Below, one piece after another: positions 23,591-36,300 of a DNA stretch of 64,000 nucleotides; the stretch's first letter is position 1, and the number at the start of each line of letters is the position of its first letter. The notes under the pieces are model-generated. The model was not told where the DNA came from. It worked only from the letters and a program-made list of their open reading frames with translations, and did no database searches. The stretch spans positions 372,001 through 436,000 of the forward strand of contig JAMWBK010000012.1 in NCBI GenBank assembly GCA_029953675.1, in the 5' to 3' direction. The stretch is from Rhodosorus marinus CCMP1338 (taxonomy: Eukaryota > Plantae > Rhodophyta). The position numbers and the translations under genes are program-made.

Positions 23591-26500
23591 CAGTAAAGTC
23601 CACCTTGAAAGATGAGCTCGAACCTCTAAAGGAAGAGTTCAATAAATAGAGATGCGAGCGGCAGATATCCGGACGAGGCCCAGTTGGGTAATTCCTACGG
23701 GAACGCCAAGTAACCTCTTTTTGAAACTCCGGAAATCGCTGTTCGGAAAGACAATGATTCCAGTCAAGAATGGTTGAGGATGATAAGGAATCCCTGAGAA
23801 GAGGGTCGCTGTCGCTTACGAGTTGCAGTATAGGAAAGGACACTAAAAGCAGTGAAGCGCACGCGGGTTTATTCCTCGGTATTTCTAGAGTCGAATATAG
23901 TGGGTGCAGTATACTCCTTGAGTGCTAGAGGCTGGCACGAGGGATACGGAAATCGTGAGTGCCTAGCGAACTCAGTGCGGCAGACAAATGCTTTGAGAGC
24001 ATTACAGGAGGTAAGGTGAATCCCCATACCTCGATTTTGGAGGGCTGTAACTACATGTGCAGAAGGTTGGGATACAACTTTGCTTCCACTACTCACGAGT
24101 TGGTTTGAAGTGCGCGCAGACACTCCGGGGGACAGATGTGTGCATATAGTCCAGGAGCGCCCGCAGCATTTTGAGAACCAATACCTGGACGGAAATTTAT
24201 CTCCGAGGGGGAGAAGTTGAGATAGAAAATGAGATACAATTCTAAGCGGCAAGGCAACGGTCAATGATGCTAAACCATATCTATCCGTATTGCGTTATGG
24301 AGCAGGCAATTCGTAGTAAATGCCTGGACACGTGTTAGCAGATTACGACTGAGCCGCACGTATCGAATGCTCCCCTGAAGCTCCACGTGAATGCCTCTAT
24401 GTTCAGAAGAGTCTGTACAAGTTCAGATCTGGACCCCATAGCATAGGTCAATCGAAAAGGCCGTAACCAATCGAGGTTCCATATTGACTGAACTTAGATG
24501 GAGGGGTTCTGTGGCAGTCAGACTCGGTGCTGGCACGGTTACTAACACAGAGCCACTGTAGTCACCAGTATTGATTCGAATTTTGTCAGCTACCAGAGTA
24601 TCAGGGATCAAACCTCGCCAGGATTGGGTTTTTGCACGCTTGCACCTGCATAAACTTTTCCAAAAGCCCAAGGAGCTGAGAGACTGGTATTGCGAACACA
24701 GTGATCCTAGAAGCCATTATGGTTCGGAATATAAAAACAACGAAGAGGATCCACGTCACTCATACACCTGGTTTTGCTAGCATTTTCTATGCATAAAATG
24801 GAATTCCGACACACACTGCTGATACTTTGTCCCATGAACTTCTGCTTTTGGTTGGAGGCTGCGGAAAACTGGGGAAGGGCCTACAGTTGACTCTTTTTTG
24901 TGGTCTCGTTATCGATGATGACATTTCCAATGAAGTAGAGGGGGAGGTGAGTTGGGTCGATAAAGAATTGGGTCGATAAAGAATTGGGTCGCTACATAGA
25001 TGGCAGAAGTTTCGATGGAATTATCTGACCACCAAATGGAGTGAGAAATATCTTGGTTTTGGCGTTCGTGCAGTAAAAAAAATTCTGTAAGATTTGTTAG
25101 CGCGAGGCGAGGGCGTAAACCTGTTGAGTTGAAGTCGTTTTGAAACAAACGTGTCTTACCCTTTTGGAAGAACAGAGGGTTGTCAAAAATGCAGACATTT
25201 CTGTTCACGGTTGTTCTTCTCAGTCCTGCCGGGGAGAGATTCCTCAAAATACCCTTCTGATCTGTCAAAAAGCCAAAAAGCTTCCCGAATGTATCTTTCT
25301 GCATCAGATTCCTCAAGCGTCGCACTCTGTAGTTGAAAACTTCCCACACACCCAACATTCGCCTTCCCCTGCCCCCCCACCTCGCTCCGTCACTCGCTCC
25401 TGAACATCCGCTAGATATTCTCCTTGTGGTCTTGTTGGGTGAGGTTGGGCGCGTTCATGTTTGGCGATGAAAATTTTCGTTAAACCCTAAAAAACGGCAG
25501 GAACTTTTGGTTTTTCGTTTTTCGTTTTGGAAGTGCGCAGGGCCAATGGGGTATCCATGGCGCTGGAATAATTCACTCGCCTTCGTAAGCCATTTCAGCC
25601 GAACGCCCACACAGAAGCTGAAGAAACCTGTTCTGTATTTTTGGACAAAAGGAGGTCAACTGTCAAAAGTACGCATACCTTCCTGTCAACCGACTGTGTG
25701 GTTCCTGTTTTACATTCAGCAATTGCCTTGTTTGAAATACCATCCAACCCTATCCGGCGGTTTCCTCCACCTCTCGCGATGTAGATTAAATCCACACGCA
25801 CTACTCTTCCATATTCCTCCAGTTACTGGTGTAACAATCGTTAGAGCGACGTGTAGCAAGTTTTACTGCACGAACAAAGTTTTTCCTCTAACCACCGTAA
25901 ACAACGCCAGCAACTTAAAATTCTGCTTTTCTCTTTTTGGTTTCGAGGCCGCTCAAGACCACGTGCCCCAGACTAACAAACTCCAAAATGCTGCAATAAT
26001 TCCCCATCTTCGGACCCTGTTTTCCCCAAGGGCTCGTGCAGGAGTCATCGGTCCTGTATGGAAACTCCCTCGCCCTCAGATGTTCCCTCCCGTCAACATG
26101 CTCTTAAATCCTCCTAACTCCAATGGGTAAGAATTCGGAATGGGGGGGGAGGGTTAGGTGCGGATGCCACCATCCCTACCATCTATGTCCACTATCGCCC
26201 ACCGTCTCCAGCTTGGAAGCCGTCCCAACACCAAATTCTTCTCTGAATTGTTTTAGAGAAGAAAATAAGAGGATTCCCATGAAATTTGTCCCCCCCAAAA
26301 TTGGATGATGTAGGTTCTCCTTGGATCTAATTTATAAATGAAATATAAAATTTTACGTTGGTTCGTCCAATGAAAAGATGTGTTTGAAGTTGTCATCAAC
26401 TATTATTTGTTGAGAGGGTTCCAGTGGGCGAGAAAGACTCTCAAAAACAAGCACCAAACAAGAGTTTAGGGGCCCGAGGAGGTTGGGTTGCTGGAGGATG

Positions 26501-26922
26501 ACCGGAGTGCAACTGCCGGTCGCGGATCGAGACGTCTCCGAATGCTCGTTGTTTTGTTTACGTTTCTCCTTCATGGAGCGAAAGCGATGTTGTTTGAGGG
26601 CGATGAGAGACAATCCTGAGCCCGCGTCGAAGAAATGGGGGATTGAATGAGGCTCAAGGCGGGGAATTCGGTAACTGGGTATATCCCCGTTTGTTCTGGT
26701 TTTTTTCCGCTTCAGCAGAGCGAACGAAAATTCGTTGCAGAGGATCGCTAGGTATAAATATGACTCCGTATCCCGAGTCGCTGCCTGAGGTAACACGGAA
26801 GAATTTTTCACGTAGGGCATAGTAGATCAACCCCTAGTGGCAGCTTCAGACAGAGACCGTGTGAGAACGTAAAGTGTGAGAGAGGAAATTAGGAGATAGA
26901 CGAAGGGCTTGCCCCGGTCGCA

Positions 26923-29190
26923 ATGAAGTTCTCAGCCGCAGTCTGTTTGGTGCTCGTAGCACTATGCGGGTCCGCCCTGAGTGGACCGGTCGCGGCGCCG
27001 TTGAGCTCGAGACCTAATAGCCCACTATTACCGTGCTCCGATTTTGCTGATATGTACGAGATTGTGAAGATCGGTGTGGAGAACAAGAGGTGCTACAATC
27101 TGCTCGCCGATGGGACCGGAACAAAGGTCGGAACACTGTGTGTGAAAGTCCAGGAGCTACCCAACGGAAAAACTTGCATCCAGTTCTCATTTGTCGCCGA
27201 CGATCGATGGGAGTTCTACGAACTTGAGGCTGGCGCGGCGCAGGGATGCGCGCTTAATCTGAGGTCCGACCCCTTCCTAGTTTCTGCCAGGGGCTGGTTC
27301 AAGTCGAAGAAACTCTACGTTTGCCTGAACAAGTTCGAGGCGTTCCCAGGATCAGACGGAGATGGATGCTGTAACGGAACGCTTTGTCTGTACCCAGCCG
27401 TAAAGGCACGCAGAGGATATGTAGATGTTTATGTACTTCCGGAAATTGGTGAAAAGGATTGCAAGCAAAAGAGTGGTGACGACTTTGTTGGTTGCAGGGT
27501 TCCCTTGGTCTGCAAGGACCCGGATACCCCAACACCAACGCCAACGCCAACACCCCGAGTGGAATTGCCGTGCCAGGATTACGCAGATGAGTTTTCCAGT
27601 GTTATGATTGGAAACGAAGAGAACAAGACGTGTTTCCAGCTCCGTGCCAACGGAGCTGCTGATGGTGACCGCGTCGGAACCTTGTGCCTGAGTGTGAGAT
27701 CGGCTCGCGAGAAAACTTGCGTCGTCTTTTCTTTCATCGCGTTGGCCCCGTACGTATTCAAGGGCGCGAAGGCAGGCTTAGCGAATGATTGTGCCGATGA
27801 AAACGAACACCCATTCCAGGAAATGAAGGAAGGTTCATTCAAGCACAAGAAAATATACGTGTGCCTGAACAAGTTTAGCTCACCGCCTGGAGTTGATAAG
27901 GACGGATGCTGCAATGAAGACATTTGTATGTTCTCGCAGGTAACTGCGGTGGACTCGAGTTCTTATAATCCAAAAAAGATAACAGCTTCTCCCAAGGACG
28001 GCCGTAAAGGTTGCGAGGAGGCAGATAATGGTGCCGACACTCAATGCAATGTACCCTTGATCTGCACAAACCCGACGCCGACGCCAACACCGACACCAAC
28101 ACCGACGCCAACACCGACGCCAACACCGACGCCAACACCGACGCCAACACCGACGCCAACACCGACGCCAACACCGACGCCAACACCGACGCCAACACCG
28201 ACGCCAACACCGACGCCAACACCGACGCCAACACCGACGCCAACACCGACGCCAACACCGACGCCAACACCGACGCCAACACCGACGCCAACACCGACGC
28301 CAACACCGACGCCAACACCGACGCCAACACCGACGCCGACACCGACGCCGACACCGACGCCAACACCGACGCCGACACCGACAGCGACACCATCACTGGC
28401 GCCAACCCCACCGTGCGACGCGAGGGACGTGGATTATTGTTTTTCGTTTGATTATTCGAGCTCGATCTGGGATCCGATCAACGGCCTGAACGGTGGAGGA
28501 AGTACGGAGAAGTTTGAGTCGCAGAAGGAGCTGGTTGTGGGAGTCATCGAGAGACTCGACGTACAGGACGTCCAAGGCCTCAACCGGTACGGGTTTGTGA
28601 TATTTGGAGGAAGTTCAGGAGGAACGTGGGAGGGTAACGATACACGCCCGGATTTGTCCCGAAAGGTTGTTGATCCGTTGACGCATTCGGAGGCCGTTAT
28701 TGAGGCGGTCTTAACATTGCAGTCTCCAGCGTTAGTACCTGAGAATGAGATCGTGGTGCAGAACACGAACATTGAGAAGGGTCTGCGGTTCTGCGAGGAG
28801 ATTCTCAACGAGAACAATAACATGAGATCCAAGGTCCTGATTCTGACGAGCGATGGGCGGGCGACCAGAGGCAAAGGTCGCAACAATACCAGCACAAGTC
28901 CAATTGATAATGAGCTTGTGGCACAGGCTTTGGCAATTCAGGAGAGTGGAATCATCATCGTAACAGCGGCGACAACTGAAACGATTGACGATGCATACTT
29001 GCCAGTGTTCGATGTCCTGTCATCGAATGGAAAAGCGATTGTGACGGAAAAACAAGAAGACTTCGAATTACTGATTGAGGAAATCGTCGAGGACCTCTGT
29101 GGTGGTTTGGAAACACCGACGCCGACACCGACGCCGACACCGACGCCGACGCCGGGAGTAGAAGAGACGGCTCCACCAACCCCACCGTGA
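26923..29190 (+). CDS. Secreted protein: two Cys-rich domains, (PT)52 stalk, VWA domain, PT tail
   Basis: 755-aa ORF with signal peptide; duplicated C.nL..G..VGTLC..YVCLNKF..GCCN domain; VWA motifs FDYSSS (DxSxS), [16 protein letters not shown]. Confidence 0.88.
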   Translation: MKFSAAVCLVLVALCGSALSGPVAAPLSSRPNSPLLPCSDFADMYEIVKIGVENKRCYNLLADGTGTKVGTLCVKVQELPNGKTCIQFSFVADDRWEFYELEAGAAQGCALNLRSDPFLVSARGWFKSKKLYVCLNKFEAFPGSDGDGCCNGTLCLYPAVKARRGYVDVYVLPEIGEKDCKQKSGDDFVGCRVPLVCKDPDTPTPTPTPTPRVELPCQDYADEFSSVMIGNEENKTCFQLRANGAADGDRVGTLCLSVRSAREKTCVVFSFIALAPYVFKGAKAGLANDCADENEHPFQEMKEGSFKHKKIYVCLNKFSSPPGVDKDGCCNEDICMFSQVTAVDSSSYNPKKITASPKDGRKGCEEADNGADTQCNVPLICTNPTPTPTPTPTPTPTPTPTPTPTPTPTPTPTPTPTPTPTPTPTPTPTPTPTPTPTPTPTPTPTPTPTPTPTPTPTPTPTPTPTPTPTPTPTPTPTPTPTPTPTPTATPSLAPTPPCDARDVDYCFSFDYSSSIWDPINGLNGGGSTEKFESQKELVVGVIERLDVQDVQGLNRYGFVIFGGSSGGTWEGNDTRPDLSRKVVDPLTHSEAVIEAVLTLQSPALVPENEIVVQNTNIEKGLRFCEEILNENNNMRSKVLILTSDGRATRGKGRNNTSTSPIDNELVAQALAIQESGIIIVTAATTETIDDAYLPVFDVLSSNGKAIVTEKQEDFELLIEEIVEDLCGGLETPTPTPTPTPTPTPGVEETAPPTPP
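28072..28383 (+). repeat. 12-bp coding minisatellite (CCGACGCCAACA)n encoding about 52 Pro-Thr
   Basis: Directly visible. Confidence 0.97.
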
Positions 29191-29325
29191 GACGATTGAC
29201 GCTCCATACTTGCCAGTGTTCGATGCTCTGGCATCGTCTGGAGAAGCGATCGTGACGAAAAGCAAGAAGATTTCGAATTGTTGATTGAGGATATCGTAGA
29301 GGCCGTCTGCGGTGAGCTAGAGGAA
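29191..29325 (+). pseudogene. Diverged duplicate of the VWA C-terminal coding segment
   Basis: ACGATTGACG..CATACTTGCCAGTGTTCGATG..GAAGA(C/T)TTCGAATT..ATTGAGGA matches 28981-29110. Confidence 0.8.
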
Positions 29326-29399
29326 CACTGAACACCAAATCTCGAAGTCCAATAGTTGGAAGTCATTGACTGCTTACTGGATTGATAGCCCTGAATTAA

Positions 29400-32300
29400 A
29401 ATCAGTTACTTGGCTTGTTGAGAATTGAAGATGCTCCAAGTAGTAAGGCAATCTGCGGGATGTGGTTACGCGGGAATTTTTGGAGATTATGCCGCTCGCA
29501 CATAAGCGCGTAGCTGCTATGTCCCGGACCGGCTCGGAATGTTCCTGCGCGGGGAATTTGAGGTTTTGCAAAGTCTGTACATGACGTAGCTAGCGGCCTC
29601 GGCGCGAGCGGTCCAGTCCGCGGGTGCCTCGCAAGTGCCGGCTCGGGTGCAGAAAATGGTGGTGGTTGGTGATCTGAGTCGAGCGGCACGGGTCTTGGAG
29701 GGACATGCGCCAGTCTTCACCTATGATAACCGGCTGGCGGAACCGACATCCACCCTTATTTCCGTCGTCCAAAGTGATGTTCCAAGCCAAATTTGCGCCC
29801 TTTCTCGACGACCAGCGCGGGCCCGCCTTCGCATAGACATGACACTCCGCGAGTCCGATTTGGAGAAACTTCTCCGCCCCTCCCGCCGCGGACGTTCCCC
29901 TGGGCCTTCAGGCCTTCTCACGGAATCGAACGAACGAATGGTTTAATCGGAGGCTGAAAGAAAAAACCCCGAGGGGAAAAAAAGACTAAGTGCGGCGAAG
30001 AATCATTGCAGGCCCTGAGCGAGACGGGCAGACGCGCATTGGTGAAGCACCGTGGGCACAATTACGGCGGGCACAGTTTTGCTTGCTTGCGAAAGCCGAC
30101 CACTCCCCTGAGCACCCGCATCTTCGGCACATCGAGAAGATTGATAACATGTGGAATCTAGCGGGAGGTGGCTATGCCAGCAACTGCGTCAGCGTGTCAC
30201 AGCTTTTCTGGCTCCTCTCCAAGTGGGCGTGGGGTTTTATGGGGATGCAGACTGATTACCCATGCGACTGAGCTCGAGCGGGCCACTAAGCCGGTACGGG
30301 GCATCTTGGTTGTTATCGAAAGTGTTCCGGAAGATTTCCGGAACACTTTCGACTGCGTATCCCGGACCCACGCACTGGAGGTGGTTCGAAGGGTGTTTCC
30401 GGAGGCTTGGACTGTTTTAGCTGGGATTTACCAAGGAGAGGGGCCTCCCCTATACGTTTGACGGGGTTGAATTTTTGAAGCACACACAGGGGTACAACCA
30501 TCGTAGATACTCAAAAGCTACGAGCATCGTAGATCGGCCACTCGAGCTCCACAATCCGCTCAGACCCGGGTAATCGGCAACCGGTGACCCGGGGCTGGCT
30601 TCCCCCTCGTCGGCGAGTACTCTGTCGATGGGAGAGTCCTCGAGCGCCTCAGTTCGTCCCCATAGCAGCTCCTTCCAGGAGCGAAATCTGGATCGGCTCT
30701 CGTCCGGCACGGCGTTGCCCTTGCTGAACGCCTGTTGCAGAGCATCATAGATACTCGAAAGCGGCGGCGGAAGGGTCACGGGGTCTTCGCTAGTCAGTTC
30801 TCTAGCCAAAATGCAAGCACTGCGCATCCGAAAACTCACCAAAGTGCGAAGCGCGGTAGCCCAGGAGGCGACCGCCCAGCCGAGCATACGAGTCCACGGT
30901 CGGCCACTCCAAATCCGCCTAATCGTAAAGGTAGGGCAATCTGGCCACGAATTAGGTCCCTGTCAGGAGCCGCTTCCACATCCAGGGGTTCATCCAGGAG
31001 CGTTCCCCAGTGCTTCAGCGTGGCCTCGTCCGCCTTGGTTGCCATCCACGAGCCCCAGTGCGGTGGAAGGCTTCGCAGCGGGTAATTCAGTCGGGGGCCG
31101 GCACAAAAGCGGGAGAGCAGGCAGGCTGATTGGAGCATGCTATCCGGTAGGCGCTCAATGGCGTCGGTGAGCTGCTTATGGCGCGCTAAACTCGTTCGCA
31201 AGAGTCTTGGACAAAGTTGTCACTCCCCAAACCGACGCCATGGTGCTCGAGCCCCGCATGTTCACCAAGGGCTGGGAGACTAGGTGGCAGGGAGCCCCTC
31301 GAAACTTCACGCGGGCCGAGAAAACGGCATTTTTCGGGTTCCACGGTTAGAACTACTCCACGTGCGAGTGCTTCGATCTGGGTCAGTCCCCGAGCCAAGT
31401 GCCCAGCAACGTCACGTCGTCATAGTAGGCACAGATGCGAAGCTCCAAGTCGCCAGTCGCTGGAGCACGAGCTGCAAGGCACAGGCGTGAAGTTCCCACA
31501 TAGCGACGTCCCGTTTATTACGCGCCAGACTCTGGAAAATAAAGTCCAGGATTGTCCCAGCCATAGAGAGCTCTCCTAGAGGGAGGACAAGAGGCGGAAT
31601 CCTGCCCCGGAGGGGTAGGGAGCCTTCTTCCAAAGAAATCCATCGCCGGAGCCAACTCCGCAGGCGCGTGCGCCAGATGCCCCAGTCCCCGCCCTCCTTG
31701 AGGACATAAGACTGCAGGTCCATTGGCTGCGACCTCGCAGCCGTGCCCGGGGAGCTAATCGTGCTTCTCCCCCTTAGACCCGGGGGAGTCGGTCCTCGCG
31801 CGCTTGCCCCTTACCTCGCCAAACTGGTCAACCGGCCACTCCGCGAGGCTCGCGGGATGGCTCCCCCGGATTCAACAAAGCAATAGGGGCGTTCTCGACC
31901 TACATGACCTCCGGCTCCCCTTCCTCGCCACTCGCACTGGACGTGGTGCTTGGAGCGAAGCCCTCTAATCTTCCCAAACGCCGTAGCTCTGCTTTGTGAC
32001 TTGAGACCAGCACAAGGTGCCTCTCCCGGTCAAAAAAGGTAGAGGCGGCTGCGCGCAGATGGCGTGGACCCGACGCAAAACGCTCCAAAAGTATCCGCTC
32101 CATTCGATGAATGCGAAGCCAATGGATGGCTGCAGCTTTCACACTGGTCTCGTGCTCAGATAGCCCTGCTGTTTCTCCGGGAGAGAGGAAAGTGCCGGAA
32201 AAACGGTCGAACCCGAAATGCAATACGACCTGGGGTTGAGAACGAAACCAGCGGGCACTCTCAGGCCACTGCTCGGTAGGCTTCTCCAGCAGGGCCTGCA

Positions 32301-33330
32301 GGTACGTGGCCGCGGTCGATGTGACCACAAAGAGGACATCGCGACCCTCATAATTTGCGAAGATGAAGTCTTCGCGGCTACAGCCCAAAGACTCCGCAAA
32401 AGTATCCCGAAAATCTCGCATGGACGGGACCTGACCCCGTGTAGTCTGGGGCCGGACGTTGAGCACCCAGAGGAATTGCAAAGCAGTCTCCGCAGGTCCG
32501 CCCTGCTGCTCGCGATAGGGTAAAAATCTTAACATAGCCGCCGTCCGTGCGGCTGTGGTACCCTTCCGCAAAACTGAGACGTAAGACGGGGCCCTCTTGG
32601 GACCACCGCGTGCTCCCGCCTTGGCTTGGAGCTGTCGCCCACCTGAGGGCTGGCCCAGGACGGGAAAGTCCGCTCCCGCTGAGGGAACATTTGAAGGATT
32701 AGGCAGCTCTGCACCCCTCTCCGAAGAGGCACCAGCTGCGGAACCACCTTCGTCACCTCCAGATCCCTGAGCTCCCCTCAACCTGTCCCGGGACAGGTTG
32801 TTGATTGACCTGGAGAAATTGACTGTCTTCCTCCAACTTCGCCACCCGGCTGGAATTCAAATTCTTACCCGAATTTGAATTTTCCCTCGCCAGGAAACCC
32901 GATTCCAGCCTACGTAGCTTCCAGCCCCCCTAGCTTCTGGGTGAGCTGAGGAACGACACCTCGATCGCCCGCGGCCGTAATCAGGCTTGGTACAGCAGAG
33001 AGCATAGCACGCACTTGCGTAGAAGAGGCGCCCTGTAACTCCACCTGCGTCGAGGAAGGGCCCGTACGAAGAGACAGTCTGTGTTCACCCTCAGTAGACA
33101 CCCCCGCCCGCGGGATCTCCGGATCCTCAGAAGTGGAGCGCGGAGGAACCCCGGCCATCACGGAAGAGTGTGTTGAACAGGAGTTTCACGAAGGAACCCG
33201 ACCAAAATATCCCGCACGATCCAGCGCCGCAGACCGAAAACTCTGGATCGAACACACCCAAAAGGGGAGAACCCGCGATAACCACCCACGAAACCCCCCG
33301 AGAGATGAAAAAACGACCCTCCTGACTTAA
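29400..33330. mobile_element. Composite of family A fragments in both orientations (ORF2 N-terminus/RT on plus; post-RT, ORF1 and 5' part on minus)
   Basis: GDLSRAARVL and RRGRSPGPSGL (29635-29946); ORF1 fragment 31900-32781; C insertion 29928-29999 with TSD GAATC. Confidence 0.88.
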
Positions 33331-36300
33331 CTGGCTTTATTAGCATAGCCTACGGCGCTACGCAAACCGTGAAAAGGAACTAAGAACTAGGTAGGGAAGC
33401 GTGCAAACCCGGGCGCCGATGCCCCGCCTCGGCAAGCATTCTGCTCGAATATCGCCACAGAGACACTTAAGCGCCGCAAACGTTCCAAGTATTCAACAGA
33501 ATGCTCAGTGAAACACTTCCGCAATCTCTCCAAACCCGACTTCTCCACGTAACCAAAGCTTTCCACAATGAAAGGCTGGAACCGGTGGGAGCGACCCTCA
33601 GCGCGAGGCAGACTGGCCATACTCTCAGCATAGCGTCGTTCCTTCACGCGGCGAAGGGCCGAACCAGCTGCTTCCCGACGACGGGCGGCAGCCGTGAGAT
33701 GGGCGTTTGCCGCAGGGCATGCAATCGCGAGGTCAACATATGCTGATCGTCTAGCGGCAGCATCGGACTTTAGGCATAGCCTAAAGCGCTACGCAAACCG
33801 TGAAAAGGAACTAAGAACTAGGTAGGGAAGCGTGCAAACCCAGGTGCCGATGGCGCGCCTCGACAAGCATGCTGCTCGAATATCGCCACAGAGAGACACT
33901 TAAACGTCGCAAAAGTTCCAAGTATTCAACAGGATGCCCAGTGAAACATTTCCGCAACCACTCCAAACCCGACTTCTCCACGTGACCAAAGCTTTCCACA
34001 TTGAAAGGCTGGAACCGGTGGGAGCGACCCTCAGCGCGAGGCAGACTGGCCATACTCTCAGCATAGAGTCGTTCCTTCACGCGGCAAAGGGCCGAAGCAG
34101 CTGCTTCCCGGCGACGGGCGGCAGCCGTGAGATGGGCGCTTGCCACAGGGCATGTAATCGCGAGGTCAACATATGCTGAGCGTCTGGCGGCTGCATCGGA
34201 GAGCGGGGCGGTGCCCTATCCGAGACCGATCTGGGTAGTTCCGATTCCACCTCAACCGTATGCCCTACACGAGTCAAACATTCGCTGAGAATGTACTTGA
34301 AGCGAGTGTGACGCCTCGTACGAAGACCTCTCATCAGTCCGCATGAACCTAAGAAATGGTTAACCACAAGCATCGATCCGACTCTCACATCCCTGACAGA
34401 AAGACGGCCGATTAGAGTGCCACGGAGCTTGTGGCAAACCCGTAAATCCGTGTGGCAGAGCGAAACTGGAAGGCATCCAGACGGTGACCCAGTGATGACG
34501 GCAGGGTCGTTAACCACAAATGTGATAGATGGCCTCCCATGCCGCGGAGGGGAGCGGCGGTGGTAGGCGGTGTGAGGAGAGAGTTGAGCAAGATTGGGGT
34601 TCATCCAAGAGCGTGCCCAAGTGGTTCAGCGTCATCTCGTCGGCCCTGGCGGCGATCCACGAACCCCAGTCGGGTGGTAGGCTACGCAACCAGTAGTTGA
34701 GTCGGGGACCGGCACAAAAGCGGGAAAGCAAGCACGCCGATTGCAGCATGCTGTCTGAAAGGCGCTCAATGGCGTCAGTGAGCTGCTTGTGCGTAGTCAA
34801 AACTCGTTCGCAAGAGGCTTGGACGAAGTTGTTGCTCCCGAAATCGACGCCGTGGTGCTCCAACCCTTCCCGTTCGCCAATGGTTCGTAGATTAGATGGC
34901 AGAGAGGTCATCGAATCTTCACTTGGAGCGAGAAAACGACACTTTTCGGGTTTCACCGTCAGACCTACTCCACGTGCAATCGCTTCGATCTGGGTCAACC
35001 CCCCAGCCAGGGTTTCAGCGGCGCCCAGGAAGGTCACGTCGTCGTGATAGGCGTAGATACGAAGAGCCGGCACCTCAGTCGCGAGACGCAAGGGAGCGAG
35101 CTGAAAGGCACAGGCATGAAGTAGAGGCCCACAAAGATCGCCTTGTTGGACTCCAGTATGTGCTTGGAGAACAGTGCCCTCCCTGGTGCAGTAGGGGAGG
35201 CTCCCCCTTCCGTAAAGACCAGAGAGGAAGAGCCACGCCTCCGGAAAAACCCGTCGGATCACCTCCAACGCACGCGTCCGTGAGACGCTGTTGAATGCGT
35301 TTCGAAAATCAACCACCAAAACTCCCCAGTCCGGCCTACACGCTCCAGCTCGATCCCATGGGTGATCAATTCGCAACCCCCCGAAAATCCCATCCCCACT
35401 TGCAAGGGCGCAATAAAAGCTGCGACCCGCTGGCGAAGGCGCTGGCGTAGTCACCTTCCAGCTAGCTTTCCGTAGGCTCTCGACCATACCGATCGGCCGG
35501 AGACGCGGGTGGGCCGGTTGATGGTCAGGCTTCGTGAGCAAGCAAAGTTGTGCCATTCGGAGATGTTCCCATGGGGCAGACGCACCCGATGTGCCCTGGA
35601 ACAGTTTGTTCAGGAGCTTGAGCAGCGCGCTCCGGCCAGGCTTGCCCAAGGCCTGCAATAATTCGGTTCGAAGCCCTGAGGGTCCGGGAAAGCGTCCACG
35701 ACGCGAGGTGCGAAGCAAATCCTCCAGATCAGACTCGTTGAGACTCAGGTAGATTTGAAACCGGGCAAACTCCGGACGGTCCAAGAATGCTTCGAATTCG
35801 GGTAGCAAGTCCACGTCGGACGAGGGGAACAAAGATGACACCGTCTGGGCGAGACTTTCTTCGTAAGGGAGGACAGGCGCCTGGCCCTCCAGAACTCGCG
35901 CCGCTCGACTCAAGTCGCCCACCGCTACCAATTTCTGTACTCGAGCCGTCAGGGGTGAGGTCAGGGGCGAGACGGTTCCAGCCCGGGTCCGCTTTCAGGA
36001 ACATGGCAAGCCGATCTCGGACACGCCATCTGCGCTCCGGCGCGTGAGTTGGGGCCAGAATCAGGCGCGGCATGACCCCCAGAAATTCCTACATGGCGGT
36101 GTCCCGATGGCTACTCGCCAGGCTCTCGAAGGTGAAGTCCAGGATGGTCCCAGCCACTAAGAGCTCGCCGCGAGGTAGGACGACAGGCGGAATTCTGCCA
36201 CGGAGGGGAAGCAAACCTCCTTCCAGAGAGATCCAACGCCGAGCCAACTTCGTAAACGCGTGCGCCAAATGCCCCAGTCTCCGCCCTCCTTCATGACATA

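Noticed and set aside
28072-28383. Regular repeat as a CRISPR array
   Set aside because: 12-bp units with no spacers, in frame within a CDS, in a eukaryotic context. No CRISPR, tRNA or rRNA genes were found in the window.
27875-28451. ORFs with SVLA and DANT repeats
   Set aside because: Alternative-frame or antisense readings of the (PT)n minisatellite.
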